From: Auanema rhodensis
Lineage: Eukaryota > Animalia > Nematoda
Direction: 5' to 3'
Length of the DNA stretch: 64,000 bases
Assembly (NCBI GenBank): GCA_964057225.1
Contig: OZ059894.1
Span: forward strand, 13,702,001-13,766,000
Of the stretch, positions 1 through 12,600 are shown piece by piece. The notes under the pieces were generated by a model. The model did not search any database and had not been told where the DNA came from. It worked only from the letters and a program-made list of their open reading frames with translations. The first letter of the stretch is position 1, and each line of letters opens with the position of its first letter. Both the position numbers and the translations under genes were made by a program.

Positions 1-859
1 TATTAACAACCTGGAAAAACAAAAAATATTTTAATGAAATCAAATCAAAGCTAACCCCTCCGTGTACACCAAACCCTAAAATATCATTGCCAACAGAAGA
101 AGTTCTGCCCGATTCAAATTCATGCTTATGTCTAAAACAAATTTATGACATAAACTGGGAAAACTCAAGTACCTAAAAAGTTTAGTTCTAGCTAAACCAC
201 GACCATCATCAAGAGAACTATGCGTCAAAACACCCAAAAGCGTTGATTTACCAGCATCAACGTTTCCTACGACTGCTACACGTACCTATAAGTCATAATA
301 TTGTATAGAAAATTGAGAAAATTATTACTTCAATAAAATCATCTTCTGAAGGAGGGTCTCTCAGAAGCCAAACTTCAGTAAACTTCTTTCCATTTTGTCG
401 AGTTTCATATTTTGTGCCCACAGCAGGGACAGATTTAATAATTTCGTTATGCTGTTCTACAGCTTTTTCGAGATCTTTTTGATTTAAACCAGACCCTGTA
501 CAACTGAATAAATAAGAAATATACTAGAAAATACCTACCTCTTCCTGTGCTTCCAATTGGAACACCAAGTTCTATCAAAGTTTCACCTTCTCCTTCGAGA
601 AGCTGTTTTCTCAAATGAATAATATATTTTTCTACTTCTTCAGGCTTATTCCGAAGAAGGAATGATGAATCTAATCCACCTTCCTTCTGTTCCGAACTTT
701 CGTCATCAGAATCTAGGGCAGCAAAAAATATGTACAAAGGAAAATAAGCTACAAACCATAAAGCCCAGCTAGACTTTCGACTGCTTTCTTAGACTTCTTG
801 ATGTTTTCTTGTTCGATCACATCAGTTGAAGCGATATTAGAGTTTGATATTCGATCCAT
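1..859 (-). CDS. cgp-1: GTP-binding protein 1 (GTPBP1, translational GTPase), 5' part; multi-exon, continues off the left edge of the window
   Basis: ATG at 859 ([11 protein letters not shown]...). Spliced translation gives [62 protein letters not shown], the GTPBP1 G1/G2 signature. Confidence 0.93.
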
Positions 860-2032
860 AAGCTGTTATTTAATAGTAAAATAATCACAAAGACTACAAC
901 TGCATCTGACGACAACAATCATATGAAAGAAAGGTAAAGTAGGGCGGGTCATAACAAATTTCGACATAGCCTGACTGAAACTATTGCGCAACATGACGGA
1001 TGAAAAAGGAAGAAGATTTTAAACTTTCGAAAGAATATTTTGAAAGCATGTAAAGATCACTAGGCAACTATGTCTAAGGGACGAGTTTCCAAATAAAAGA
1101 AAAAACATATCCAATCGATAATACCACACAGCAATTCAAAACTATTTTTAAACTGTGCCACCTTGATTGAGGTCACATAATCAATATAGAATGAGTAGTG
1201 CCGCCGAAAATTATTTTATTTTCCAAATATGCTATAGTTGGAAAGCAAATAAAGAGAATAAGCAAATTTTCAATATGACGTCAGTACGTGGTACTTTTTT
1301 TTTGAATTTGGGATAAAATTACTCGGTCACATACATTAGTAGAAATAATAATTATAATGGTGCATAATATAACTAATCTATTCAGCTTCTGACATTAGTT
1401 TCATCTAGTTGTGAGACGAAGCAACAATGACAATTTGTTTACGAAAAGCAGAGAAAACATCAAAAAGATGCGGATTCATTCGTTCGCCGTTCTTTTTCTC
1501 TCTTCTCTATTCATCGTAACTCTCCCTTTCCTCGCGTTTTCACTTTATCTTTTCTCATCGTCTATCTACCCACCCCCTCTTCAGCGAATCACTAACACTA
1601 ACTTTCGTCTACTACGCGTTCGTTTGATATCATGATAGCAAATATTTCTGGATTCAAATAATATGGAATAATGATATAATAATGTAATGCTTAGATATCA
1701 TCTAGCTTTATAAAACACAAATAGCTTTTACTGCAGATTTTCACGTGACAAAATGTATCGTACGCGATGTTGCTTGACATCTTCCAACATTTAATAAACA
1801 GCGATGTTCCACCTCACCCAACCGGGCTGCATTCACCTGATATGGTCACTGCGTTACGGCTTCATTCTCACAACAATTGCCATTGTGGCGCGATCACCTC
1901 ATGTCTATCAGGCCGTTTGATAACAGGAGCTTCACGGATTGACCACGTGAAGTAAGGCTGACTATATATAAACTGAAGACAGCCTAGGATATGACGTCCA
2001 CAACTTTATACTTAAATATTTTCTGATCTGAT
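860..2032. promoter_or_regulatory. Divergent promoter region shared by cgp-1 and the HADH gene
   Basis: Head-to-head genes. GGGCGG at ~942, CRE TGACGTCA at 1276-1283, E-boxes TCACGTGA at 1741-1748 and CACGTG at 1944-1949, TATATAAA at ~1965 about 65 nt before the HADH ATG. Confidence 0.55.
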
Positions 2033-3881
2033 ATGGTAGCTGCTTCTGTTACTTCAACTAATAACCTAGACCATGTAGCTATTCTCGGTTACGGTCTTAT
2101 GGGCGGCGGCATCGCTCAGGTCAGTTAAGTCTGTTCGAAGTATATAAGAACGGAAAAAAAAGAAGAAAATTTCGAAAAAGTATCGAACATGCTATGATAT
2201 GTGTATGTATTTCGAGATTGAAGATAGATATGCTATTAGAACATTTCATTTATCTATTGAATATTATTATATTCAGCGCAATTTTTGAATGACAACGAAT
2301 GAATGCTTCGTTTTTCATTAAAATAGAAGATTATAGCAGAAAGTAGTGTAAAATGCAATTACATTTTGTTCGCTTTGTACTATTCATTTGAACTGTCATA
2401 TCCCGATATTCTCAGCCTACATGAAACTCAATCATTTTGCTTTGGCATTACTTGATGAGCGGTTGTGTTAGCTGTTTATCGTACCGTTTTCCAGTTCAAC
2501 TGCTTACCCGTTCGAACGGCAGTTGGTTTCTTAGGCTTTAGAAGATTTCTGCACAAATATATAAACAAAGAAATTAATATCAACAACAAAACATATGAAT
2601 CAGAGGGTTAAGTGAGTAATTTCATTTTCAGGTTTGCCTTCAGAATGGCTATAGCGTTTCAATTTTTGGACGCGACATCAAAAGACTTCAGGAATGTGTG
2701 GATCGCATACGTACAGGACTACTTAAGAATGCTTCAAAAAATAAAAAATTGGACCTTGTAAGCTTTTTTTTAGTTAAAGAAAAATGTGTAAAAAGATGAT
2801 TTTAAAATGATTGTTTATTGTTTTAAACCTTACAGGATGCTATCAATTTGGTTGTTGAAGAACAAATGTCTCGTTTATCAGTTAGCACAGTTATATCGAA
2901 TGTTGTCCAAAATGCTCAAATGATAATTGAAGCTGTTGCTGAAGATTTGAAGCTTAAGAGAGATATCTTTGAAGATGTACAGAAATACTGTTCACCGTTA
3001 GTTTATTATTACAATTTAAATCAGCAGAAAAACATGTTTACAGAGATGCTATTCTGATTACAAATACATCTTCTATTCGATTGATGGATATTGTACCATT
3101 TATTAAAAATCCTAGTCGATTTGCCGGTCTTCACTTTTTCAATCCAGTTCCATTGATAAAGTTGGTTGAGGTTGTTAGCACACCCGTTACCTCAGAAGAG
3201 ACTAAGATAATTTTGCTAGAATTTTGTAAAACAATTGATAAAACTTCAATTGCTTGTAAGGTTAGTGCTAATTCAGCAATTGATATGCATTCCTGATTGT
3301 ATTTCTGATAGTAATACAATATTTTATTTTGTAGGATACTCCAGGATTCATTGTAAATCGTCTACTTATTCCATATTTAATAGAAAGTATTCGCATGGTA
3401 GAAAGAGGGGATGCCACAATGGAAGACATTGACGCTGGTTAGATTAAAAATATTTTTTTATTACAATCAATCCTCCCATATGTATTAGTCTGATAACAGT
3501 TAATAGTAATCATGAAAAATTAAAAGAAAGATCGAGTGGAATAGTCAGACCATATTTAATGAGAAATGTTTATCTGACTACATCGAATTTCTATGGCAAT
3601 GATAATAAGTTTTTGGCATTAAAGGTATGAGATGTGGAACGAACTATCCGATGGGACCATTGGAATTATGCGATTATGTAGGTTTGGATACACTTCAAAA
3701 TGTAATGAAAGGTAACAATCTAAGATAGAAATTTGTTATTAAGTTTCTGAATATATCATTTTCAGTTTGGCAAGAATCAATGCCTCATGACAGTCGATTT
3801 GAGCCATGTAATCTATTAGATTCATTAGTTGAACAAGGAAAGCTAGGTAGAAAAACTAAACAAGGATTTTACACATATTAA
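2033..3881 (+). CDS. 3-hydroxyacyl-CoA dehydrogenase (HADH family), multi-exon
   Basis: Exon 1 [29 protein letters not shown] (Rossmann GxGxxG). Later exons give [36 protein letters not shown] (catalytic His/Glu), [44 protein letters not shown] at 3879-3881 followed by AATAAA. Confidence 0.95.
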
Positions 3882-4562
3882 TATTTATGTTTTTTCAATA
3901 AAAATTATAAAAATTTCAATTATTATTATTCAAAACAAAATAGAAATTCAAATTTCTCTAATCTTTTCTTATAATATAATACATTAACTGTTTGAAAATT
4001 CATTTAAAACCCAAAATTTATTAAATTCAAAATCTAATTGTCATTTATCAAAGGTAAACTAATACGAATATTTGGATTAACTGTGTATTTTACCACAATG
4101 CTCATTCAAATAACACTTAAGTTTAACTTTACTAAAACAATAGTTAGCTAATAGTACTCCATACAAAAGTCTTAGTGGTGATCGTGTATTCGGAGTAGTA
4201 TTTGATAGAAAAGTTTTTTTAAATCTGGATATTGTAAATGCTTCAGATAGAATTGAATATGACGTAAATTTATTTGTTTGACCGAACATAAGAGATGCAC
4301 CACTTCTTTAACCGTATTGATCTACGATTGTTTTGGTCAAATAAAATCTTAAAATGACGTTTTATGCTTTATCTTTAAGCCTTTTAAAATACAAACTCTA
4401 ACCTTCAACCCACTCTTTCACGAACTTTCCAGCGTATAAACGATATAAAAGAAGGAGCTCATCAAGTTAAAGCATAATTTTCCGCCATGCTTCATCATTT
4501 ATCAAATCTTCTTCCACATATTTTACCAGTTAATCTTCTTTATTTCAGTATTTACAGATACA

Positions 4563-5106
4563 ATGTGGTTCACCTTAAAAAAGTCACTGTTGTTAATTTT
4601 GATTATTGATGGAGTATTCGGGAGAGTAATCCAAAAGAGAGCTGTTCCAGCTGTTGTAGGAGTTATAGGTGTTGGCGTAAGCATTGCTGAAGGTATTAGG
4701 AATGCCTCCAGAAGAACTGTAGAGGTAGGTCTATTATTATTTTGAAAAGGTTCAATATGTCTTTATAGATAGCCAATAACGACATTTGTAACATTGAAAT
4801 AGAATGCTGTCAGAAAGGAGAATGTCGTGGTAGAAAAGTAATTCAACCAGGACATTCATATGCATTCAGTTTCAGTGAGTTGTTACTGATAATTTTATTT
4901 TTTCTTTAAATATTTTTTCAGTTCCAAATGTACGAACTCTATGGTGGTGCACGTTCCGGTTCGCAGATGAATCAGGGCACAGCCACTACGACGTATGGAA
5001 GGGCCACGGTAACAGCAAGAGATATACTATAAGAAAAGATCGTCATTTCTTCAAGGCAAATCTTAACGGAAGCAATGAAAAATATATCAAAAATTTAGGA
5101 AAATAA
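4563..5106 (+). CDS. Small secreted protein (150 aa, 3 exons): signal peptide, KR site, amphipathic helix, Cys-containing beta domain resembling SPH / self-incompatibility S1 domains
   Basis: Exons 4563-4724, 4769-4874, 4922-5106 with GT-AG introns keep frame: MWFTLKKSLLLILIIDGVFGRVIQKR-AVPAVVGVIGVGVSIAEGIRNASRRTVEIANNDICNIEIECCQKGECRGRKVIQPGHSYAFSFIPNVRTLWWCTFRFADESGHSHYDVWKGHGNSKRYTIRKDRHFFKANLNGSNEKYIKNLGK*. TATAAAA at ~4444, AATAAA at ~5200. The gene model is firm; the family call is tentative. Confidence 0.85.
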
Positions 5107-8100
5107 TTATTTAAAGTTAGTTAAACACACACGTATATACAATATTTTAATTCGTATATGTTTATGAGTATAGAAACCATTCATTGTTTTAAAATTTTTA
5201 ATAAATTATTTAAATATATAGATACGATATATGGAAATACATAGAGCAAAAACAAAATAAAATATGGTTAAACAAGATTAAACAGTAGTACCTTTCTTGG
5301 TTTTCTAATCTAGTAAAGAAGCTTGAAAACAAAGATGAGAATGTCAATCATTTTAATCAAATGCCAAGCATTTTGGAGACATTAAGTAAAGTTCCTTCAT
5401 CAAGTTTTAAAAATGATAAGTAAAGATATTCTGTAAATCAAAAAAAAAGAAATAATAAATGTTATGTGCAAAAGCGTTTTGAACATCTAAAGTTCTAGTT
5501 TCTTGAGATGCTAAGTTCAAGTAGAAGTAATAAGAGAAACTTTACTAAAAGAAAGTAATAATAAACTAATAAGACTAAATATAATAACTATATCGAGATA
5601 GCACACAAAGCTAACATCGGTATTTAACACGAACAAATAATAACGTACTTCTAGACTAGTTAACTATATCTTCCCTAACCTACTCAAATCCAACACCAGA
5701 CTACAAACTCTAACCACCAAGTAGATATATATTTCCTTAACTTAGATCTCAAGTATGACTCTCTCCACGGTTATATCAGTGCATTTCAAAAGTTTCAAAA
5801 TCAAATGAAAAATCTACTCACATACTACATTTCAATTTTCACGTTTAGCATGTACATTCCCATTATATACTTTGGTAATTTCTAATCCACAAAGATTTTT
5901 TTAATAAAGCTTCACAATCTATCTTGACTGCTCAAGCTTGAGAGTTTCTAGTTTTGGTTGTAGTTATCCTATCGGAAGGTTGATCATGAGAACTTATTCT
6001 GTATGTATTTCTGAAGTTGTTTCATATCACTTTGAGTGTTAACTCTTGTATATGGAATATTCATTTTTCACATGTTTCATCTAAAATATGTACATATGTA
6101 CATGTGTCATAACAAAAGGAAAAAAAAATTGTTTGTACTTGAAACGTAAATTGAACGATTCTTGGAATTATTCACGGATATAACTCTGATTATACTAAAA
6201 TATCTGAAGTTATTGAAGATTTTTAATAATTAAATGGATTAATGAAAATGTGTAATTATAATATTATAAAGTATAATATTATTTTTGAAATAATATTTTC
6301 TTATTTTAAATAATTTTTCATTAATGTTTCTACAATCTGTTATCAAATTGTTATATATAACATAATTTTTTAATATTAATATATATGTATGTAAATAAAA
6401 TATTTATATTATTTCAGCATATTGATGTTCCCTTAAAAAAAACTTTCTTTGACCATATGTAATAGCTAAAACATATGTAGCTAAATACGAACAGTGGTGT
6501 GCTAATCAAGAGGTCAAGTTGAGGATACAAACGTATTTCACACAAAAACCAGAAAATGCCGTACCAGTCACCATTCAGTCTTTTGGCATAAAACTCAACA
6601 TATACATACATACATATGAATACTAAGACCATATGACAGTTAGATATTGAATTAAGATATGCACATGTATTATCCAGACATGTTGTGAGAAGAAAAAGAA
6701 ATTGACGACATACTAGATACACTTATCATTCAAAACAAAGAAAGGGCAAGGCTCTTTTATATAATATTTGGAAGTGTGATCTTCCTGAAGTTCGTGACAG
6801 TTGGTACCTCTTGGTTGTCATCTCTACCTGGCGTGATTTTCTGATTTTATTGTATTTTATCCAATACCGTTTGAATGTTGTGTTGAAAGAAAATATTTAT
6901 ATTATGTCAATTTGATTTGAAATGAGGTAGTTTATGCTTTCAGTTTTCCAAATTAAGTATTAATTAATATAGTAAAACTTAAAATATTTTATAAAAAAAA
7001 AGTAATATGTAATATTATATTTTCTGGGTTTTAGTATATCGTATCAACGTATGAGTAATCTTCTGAGTTTTTGAATTTTTATTTTTAGTACACATATTGA
7101 CAAACAATCTTATTTTGTTCAAAATATCAAAATATATAGCAACTTTAGTTTGTTAATGTAAACAACATAAACATGATAATATTTATTATTTATAACTTTC
7201 TAGAAAACTTATTTATCTTTTCTTTCTTTCTTTATATATTATGCTTTAACTGAAAAATGCTCATGATTAGTTATTTTATTTCTAAAATACAATCGAATAC
7301 CAAATCTTCATCATCCATCTTGACCTAAATCCTTAATACTTTTTGTATCATCTCATCGCTTCTTCCTTTCGTTTCCCTATATCTTGAGCATCTGACATTA
7401 ATACGATCCTGACCCTTTCCTCTAAAGCTATAGTTTGTGATCTGTGACTAATACAATCTAATAGATTGAACATCAGAACATGTAACCCTATGGCTAATTG
7501 TTTATTTCTTTTTTTTATTTCATATTTTCATGTTCAACTGTTCTATTTAAAACAGTTATGTTATCAGTTATGATCAGAAAACTGCAAATATGAACATGTA
7601 CATGTTTATAGTTGCTAGTAAGATGCTTTGTCAACAAAATGTGAATAATCTTTTAGTTTTTTTCTTATAAGTCACATGAGTCTGAGTATAATTGACATGT
7701 AGAGTGTGGGTGCAGTTGGGTGGTAGGTGGATAAGAACAGCATTTTTCATACCAGGCTATCATTTCCAAACTATTCATATAGCATCATGTTACTTATGGC
7801 TGTTGTTGTCTACTTCCTTCTTGTCTTTTAATCCAAATTTAGAAAACTGCTTACGCGTGTTACTTTGTAAATATAAGAGAACGAGGAAAGAGAGCGAGGG
7901 TTGGAGGGAGATTGTTGACATCGCGCTCCAGTTGTTTACTAATTGCTATGTCAGCTACAATACAAGCTTTCATTAGCAGTCAACAAAACTGCTTTTCTTC
8001 AGTATCTTTTTCTCTTTCTAAGCATCTACCCATTTTTCATCCAATTTTACATCTTTTCTCTTATTTTCTTAATCTTTTTTTTTTAACTTTTTTTCCATGT

Positions 8101-9640
8101 GTTCATTGTTTAAATCTTTTTACTAGTCACGTTGTTCATCGTGTTATACTTTTTAAATCACATGTATATGTATATATAATAATACTATATATATATTATA
8201 TACTATATATATAGAGAAAATAGGAATATATTTATCTAAATATATATATGTGATCAACAAAACTATTTCAGTCTCTTTGTGTAGTTTGTCAGCACTGGAT
8301 ATCAATACATTCTTATTACTCTTTTTATTAATTTGAATGTTTTCTTTTTGATTGCCTCAAACACGTTTTTAATTTTTACTTATTCCATCTTATCTTTTCT
8401 TTTTCAAATTGTTTCAAAATCGTATTGCTTTTCATTCAAATTAAAATATTTTGTAGTTTTCTAAAAAATCAATTTGCCTCATTTTGTAAAATCCATAAAA
8501 ATCTTAAAATTCAAAAAAAACCATTAGCTTATATTGTCTAGTCTTCAGAGATCTATTGTTAGCTGTGGGTTGTCTAAATATACCGATTATTTACTCATGA
8601 TATAGAAATTGTACCAACAATAACAACTTATGATCTCGCTAACTAAACTACTCAACTTCAAACAATATTTTAGAAACTCTATTTCTAATTGAAAAAAACA
8701 ACATAATCAAACGAATGATTTAAGCTAAAGAATTAAAATGAAATATATTCGGGAAATTGAAGAAGTTTATTGAATATATATGGGTATATAGTATGTACAT
8801 AGTAGGTATGTATGTACCTAAAAAACATTAAATCGCCATATTATTTACTTGTTTATTCATTTTTCGATATGTATATATACATATAAATGTTTTTTTATTA
8901 TATTTTTCTATATAACTAGATATGTTCATGCTATATAGCATAAAGCTGAACAATTTATTTCCTTTTTCGCACCACTTTTTCAAATAATATTAGTTGTAAA
9001 TTGAAAAAAACCTTCATCTAACATGTCGTTGTTTTTTTTTTTTTGTTTCGTTTGGGTATTCGTTCACGTCATACGTGAAAACCATTTTTTCATTTCTATT
9101 AGAAGTATTTTCATTTTTATTTTAAGATGTACTGAAACGGTCGCTCATTGCTTAATGTCTGTGTGTGCGTGTTCTCACTTTTTCAATCAACATTCAATTC
9201 ATCTCATCCACATTTTCCTCCGTTTTCTCTCTCTATGTTTCTCTCTTTCTCTCTTTCTCTCTTTCGAATTCTGGTACACTAAACATACAGATGTGTATAT
9301 AAATATATAAATATATATTTAATCGATCTTAAACTTTCAACTCAATTAAATAAAATGACTTACTTAGATGAGAAAAACATTTTTCGATCTTATTTCTCCT
9401 TTATTCATCTGAAAAACAGCTAATAATCTATGTCTTTAAACAGAATATTAAACGACGCTTATATCTCATCTCAGTTCAGTTTATACTATATCTTGTGATA
9501 TTTCCTATTCTATTTTAAAAAAACAGTATGAAAGTAAGTAATATCTTCATCATTTTCAATCGAAAAAGCTTCCACATTTGGCTCTATCTTGTAAACAGCA
9601 CTTCTCGAACACTTGTACTACAACTGTACTTACGTCAAAT

Positions 9641-12600
9641 TCACGTGAAATGAACAATGCTGTGGCTATTTGACAGAGGAAGTTTGCGTTCATAGATTTA
9701 ATACTTGTTTCAATTATAGAATATTCATATTCATCCCATATAGTAATAATTCTGCTGATCCTGAAACTGTAATTATAACAAAATTATTTGTAGACATAAT
9801 TAGTACATTTTAATCATATGATTATTGTAAATGTTTCAGCTTAGCAATATATTATAGTATTTCGCAAGAATTTCCATCAAGTTTTCTGAGGAAAAATATA
9901 TTTTATTAGAAGAAGGAGAGAAAAAGAGATCAGACCTTTCGTCCTTTGCTTGCCCTATGTCTTTTAAGTATAAATTGACTTGATACTCATAATTTCACTA
10001 CAATTATTCGAAATTCAGATTATCTTTGATTTGAATTCTTAGAATGCAAAGTAAATATTAAGCAGATGTGATATTTCCATTTTTGTGCATCTATTTTAAA
10101 CTTGTTCTCACTGTCCACTTATACATATGACATCCATCTGCACAATTCCTGCAAAAAATGAACAGAATATAGGATTTTCAATGAATTTTAGCTAATTATG
10201 ATATTAATTTAATTGATAACTTGTAGATATTTGAAGAACTTTATCTATATAGATATCATAAAATTAAAATTCTGAAACAAAATACATACAAGAAATATTT
10301 TAACTTCCAAACAATGCCCATTATGTTCTTTTTTTTGTCTTTTTTTTTCATGTTAGAACTTTAAAAAAAAAACGAACCTTTTATTTCATTTAAAAAACCA
10401 TTTAAAAAAAATAAGAAATATTGTGGGATGACCCCTCTGCTAGTCCACTTGCATAAGTGCAAGTTCTCTTCATATTCTTGTTTTCTCTATTCCTGAAAGT
10501 CCATCTGTTTTAGTGCAGATTTCACAATTCGATCCTAAAATAGCCCCATCGATGTGCGGTTCTTTACATGAGTTAGTTGATTCTGAAATCAACGTACAAA
10601 CTCTTGATATATTGAATTTCAGTATGCTAGCGTTTAACAAATTATATCGATATATACATATTTCCATTTATGTACATATGCATATCAGAATTCATATGTA
10701 ATTTTTTTATTTTAACTTTAAAAATAGTAACTGATATGATCAACATTTTGATCTATGAAAACTAAATCATGGAAATAATATAAGAAAAAGAAGGTTTTAA
10801 TCTCTATTTTCAACGATTGTAATCCTCCATGACTGAACTCAGATTAGGCAGACAAGTAGGACTGTTCATGTGAATGAAACGGAACTCTTTCGAGTAACAC
10901 AACCATCTCAACTTCAAATACAACCGATATCATTTCAACTAGTTTTTCCATCAGGTTCTGCTCATAAATTCAAATTTCAACGAGTTAAACATCAAAAGAT
11001 ATTTTTTACTTCTTTGATCATTGCTGCCAGTTAGGATTTCGTAAGAATTTCTAAGAACTTGAAAAATATATATCAAACGACAGGCTAAGATAATAAGGAA
11101 GAAAAATGAAAAAGAGAGAGAAAAACTACAAGTTGATTTCAAATAATATAGGTTGACTAATTCTCCGGTGTTCCCCCCCCCCTTATTCTACTCCTAAAAA
11201 TATCGAATGAATTGTCTTCCGAATTTTCTTCAAAGAATTCCGACGGCAATAAGTGATGTAACAGGCTTTTCTTTCTTTAAGTTGATTAGTTATAGTTTTT
11301 CAATGATTTTTTTTAGTTTTTTTTGTCAATCTCGTGCTCGTAAAAATTCGAAGTACTTGATAAAATAAGGTAAATAGATCAAACTATAAAGAAAGAAACA
11401 AAACAGCTTGATTATCATCCATATCAATTTCAAGATACGACTCATTTCATGATTTATTATTATATTTTTTTTTGATATCAGTAATAAATTAGTAATTCAA
11501 ACTATATATTTAATTTCGAATATTCTCGCATCTGTTTTTTGTTGTTGAAATCTCTTACATATAATATCAAATTTTGAAGTTTTATGTGATTTCAAAGAGG
11601 AGAACAGCTTTAATAGTCTTTAAGTAGTTGTGTGACCCGTAAAGGAATTCTTCGATTACTTTTGTCTTTGTTAAGCTTGCATTCTCTCTCAAAACATCAT
11701 CTTCATCCTAAAATCTTCTCTAAATACTATTGTGCACTTTTCACGTGTATTGCATGCTTCAAGTTTCACGTGAAATTCTTATTTTAATTAATAAAACGCT
11801 TATGTACACGGTTGCACACACAACTTTCAGACAATTTGAATAAATCTAATTATTTTTAAATTTGTAAAGTTTAAGAAAAATTATTTTTTTGTAATAATAG
11901 ATAATAATTGTGTTAAACTTTACTATTTTAAATCTTTGCAATCCATGCATGGCAGTGCTTTAATACCTTCTAGCAAACTAGTAAAAGTGCAAGTGTCCAT
12001 ATCGAGTACATTAAGAGTTTATATTTGAAACTATATTAACAATCTAAGCCTTTTTTTCTGAAATAAATTTAAAATTTAATTTTGAATGATACAAATATTA
12101 ATATAATATGTTTTATTGTTAATTAAATACAATAAAACTATTTCTATCTTAAACGTTGTGTTCGTGTATGCCCCTAGTATTTTCTGGAAAAAAATTATTT
12201 TTTGAGATTTTTCATGTTGTAAACTGTTTGTACATTATTCTCTATGATATTCACGTGAATATTACATGATATTCAAGATCAGATAAGTTTTATAACATAT
12301 ATTATGTAAACCCTGTGTAACTTCAAACATTTTTCACAAAAATCAGTTTTTAAGAAACATAAAAGAAGAGATATCCAAGAGAATGAAAAAGTAGCAAAAC
12401 AAAAATTGAAATTATCTTGAGATTCAGTTAAAGATTAGACAAAAGCAAAAAAAAAATTTTTGTCATGATCATCTGGGATGATAGATACAGCATAAACAAA
12501 GCATCATCATCCTCTTTACTATATATGATATCTGTCTTTAGCTTTGCAATCAAAAACCAAAAAAAATCACGCAAACTTCAAAGAATCCCTTTTGCAGCTG

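Noticed and set aside
1411-1955. Short + strand ORFs between cgp-1 and the HADH gene
   Set aside because: They overlap promoter motifs and CT-rich tracts and have no coding signature.
6923-6944. TGAGGTAGTT, a let-7-like 5' end
   Set aside because: No hairpin partner, and the 3' half does not match the let-7 family.
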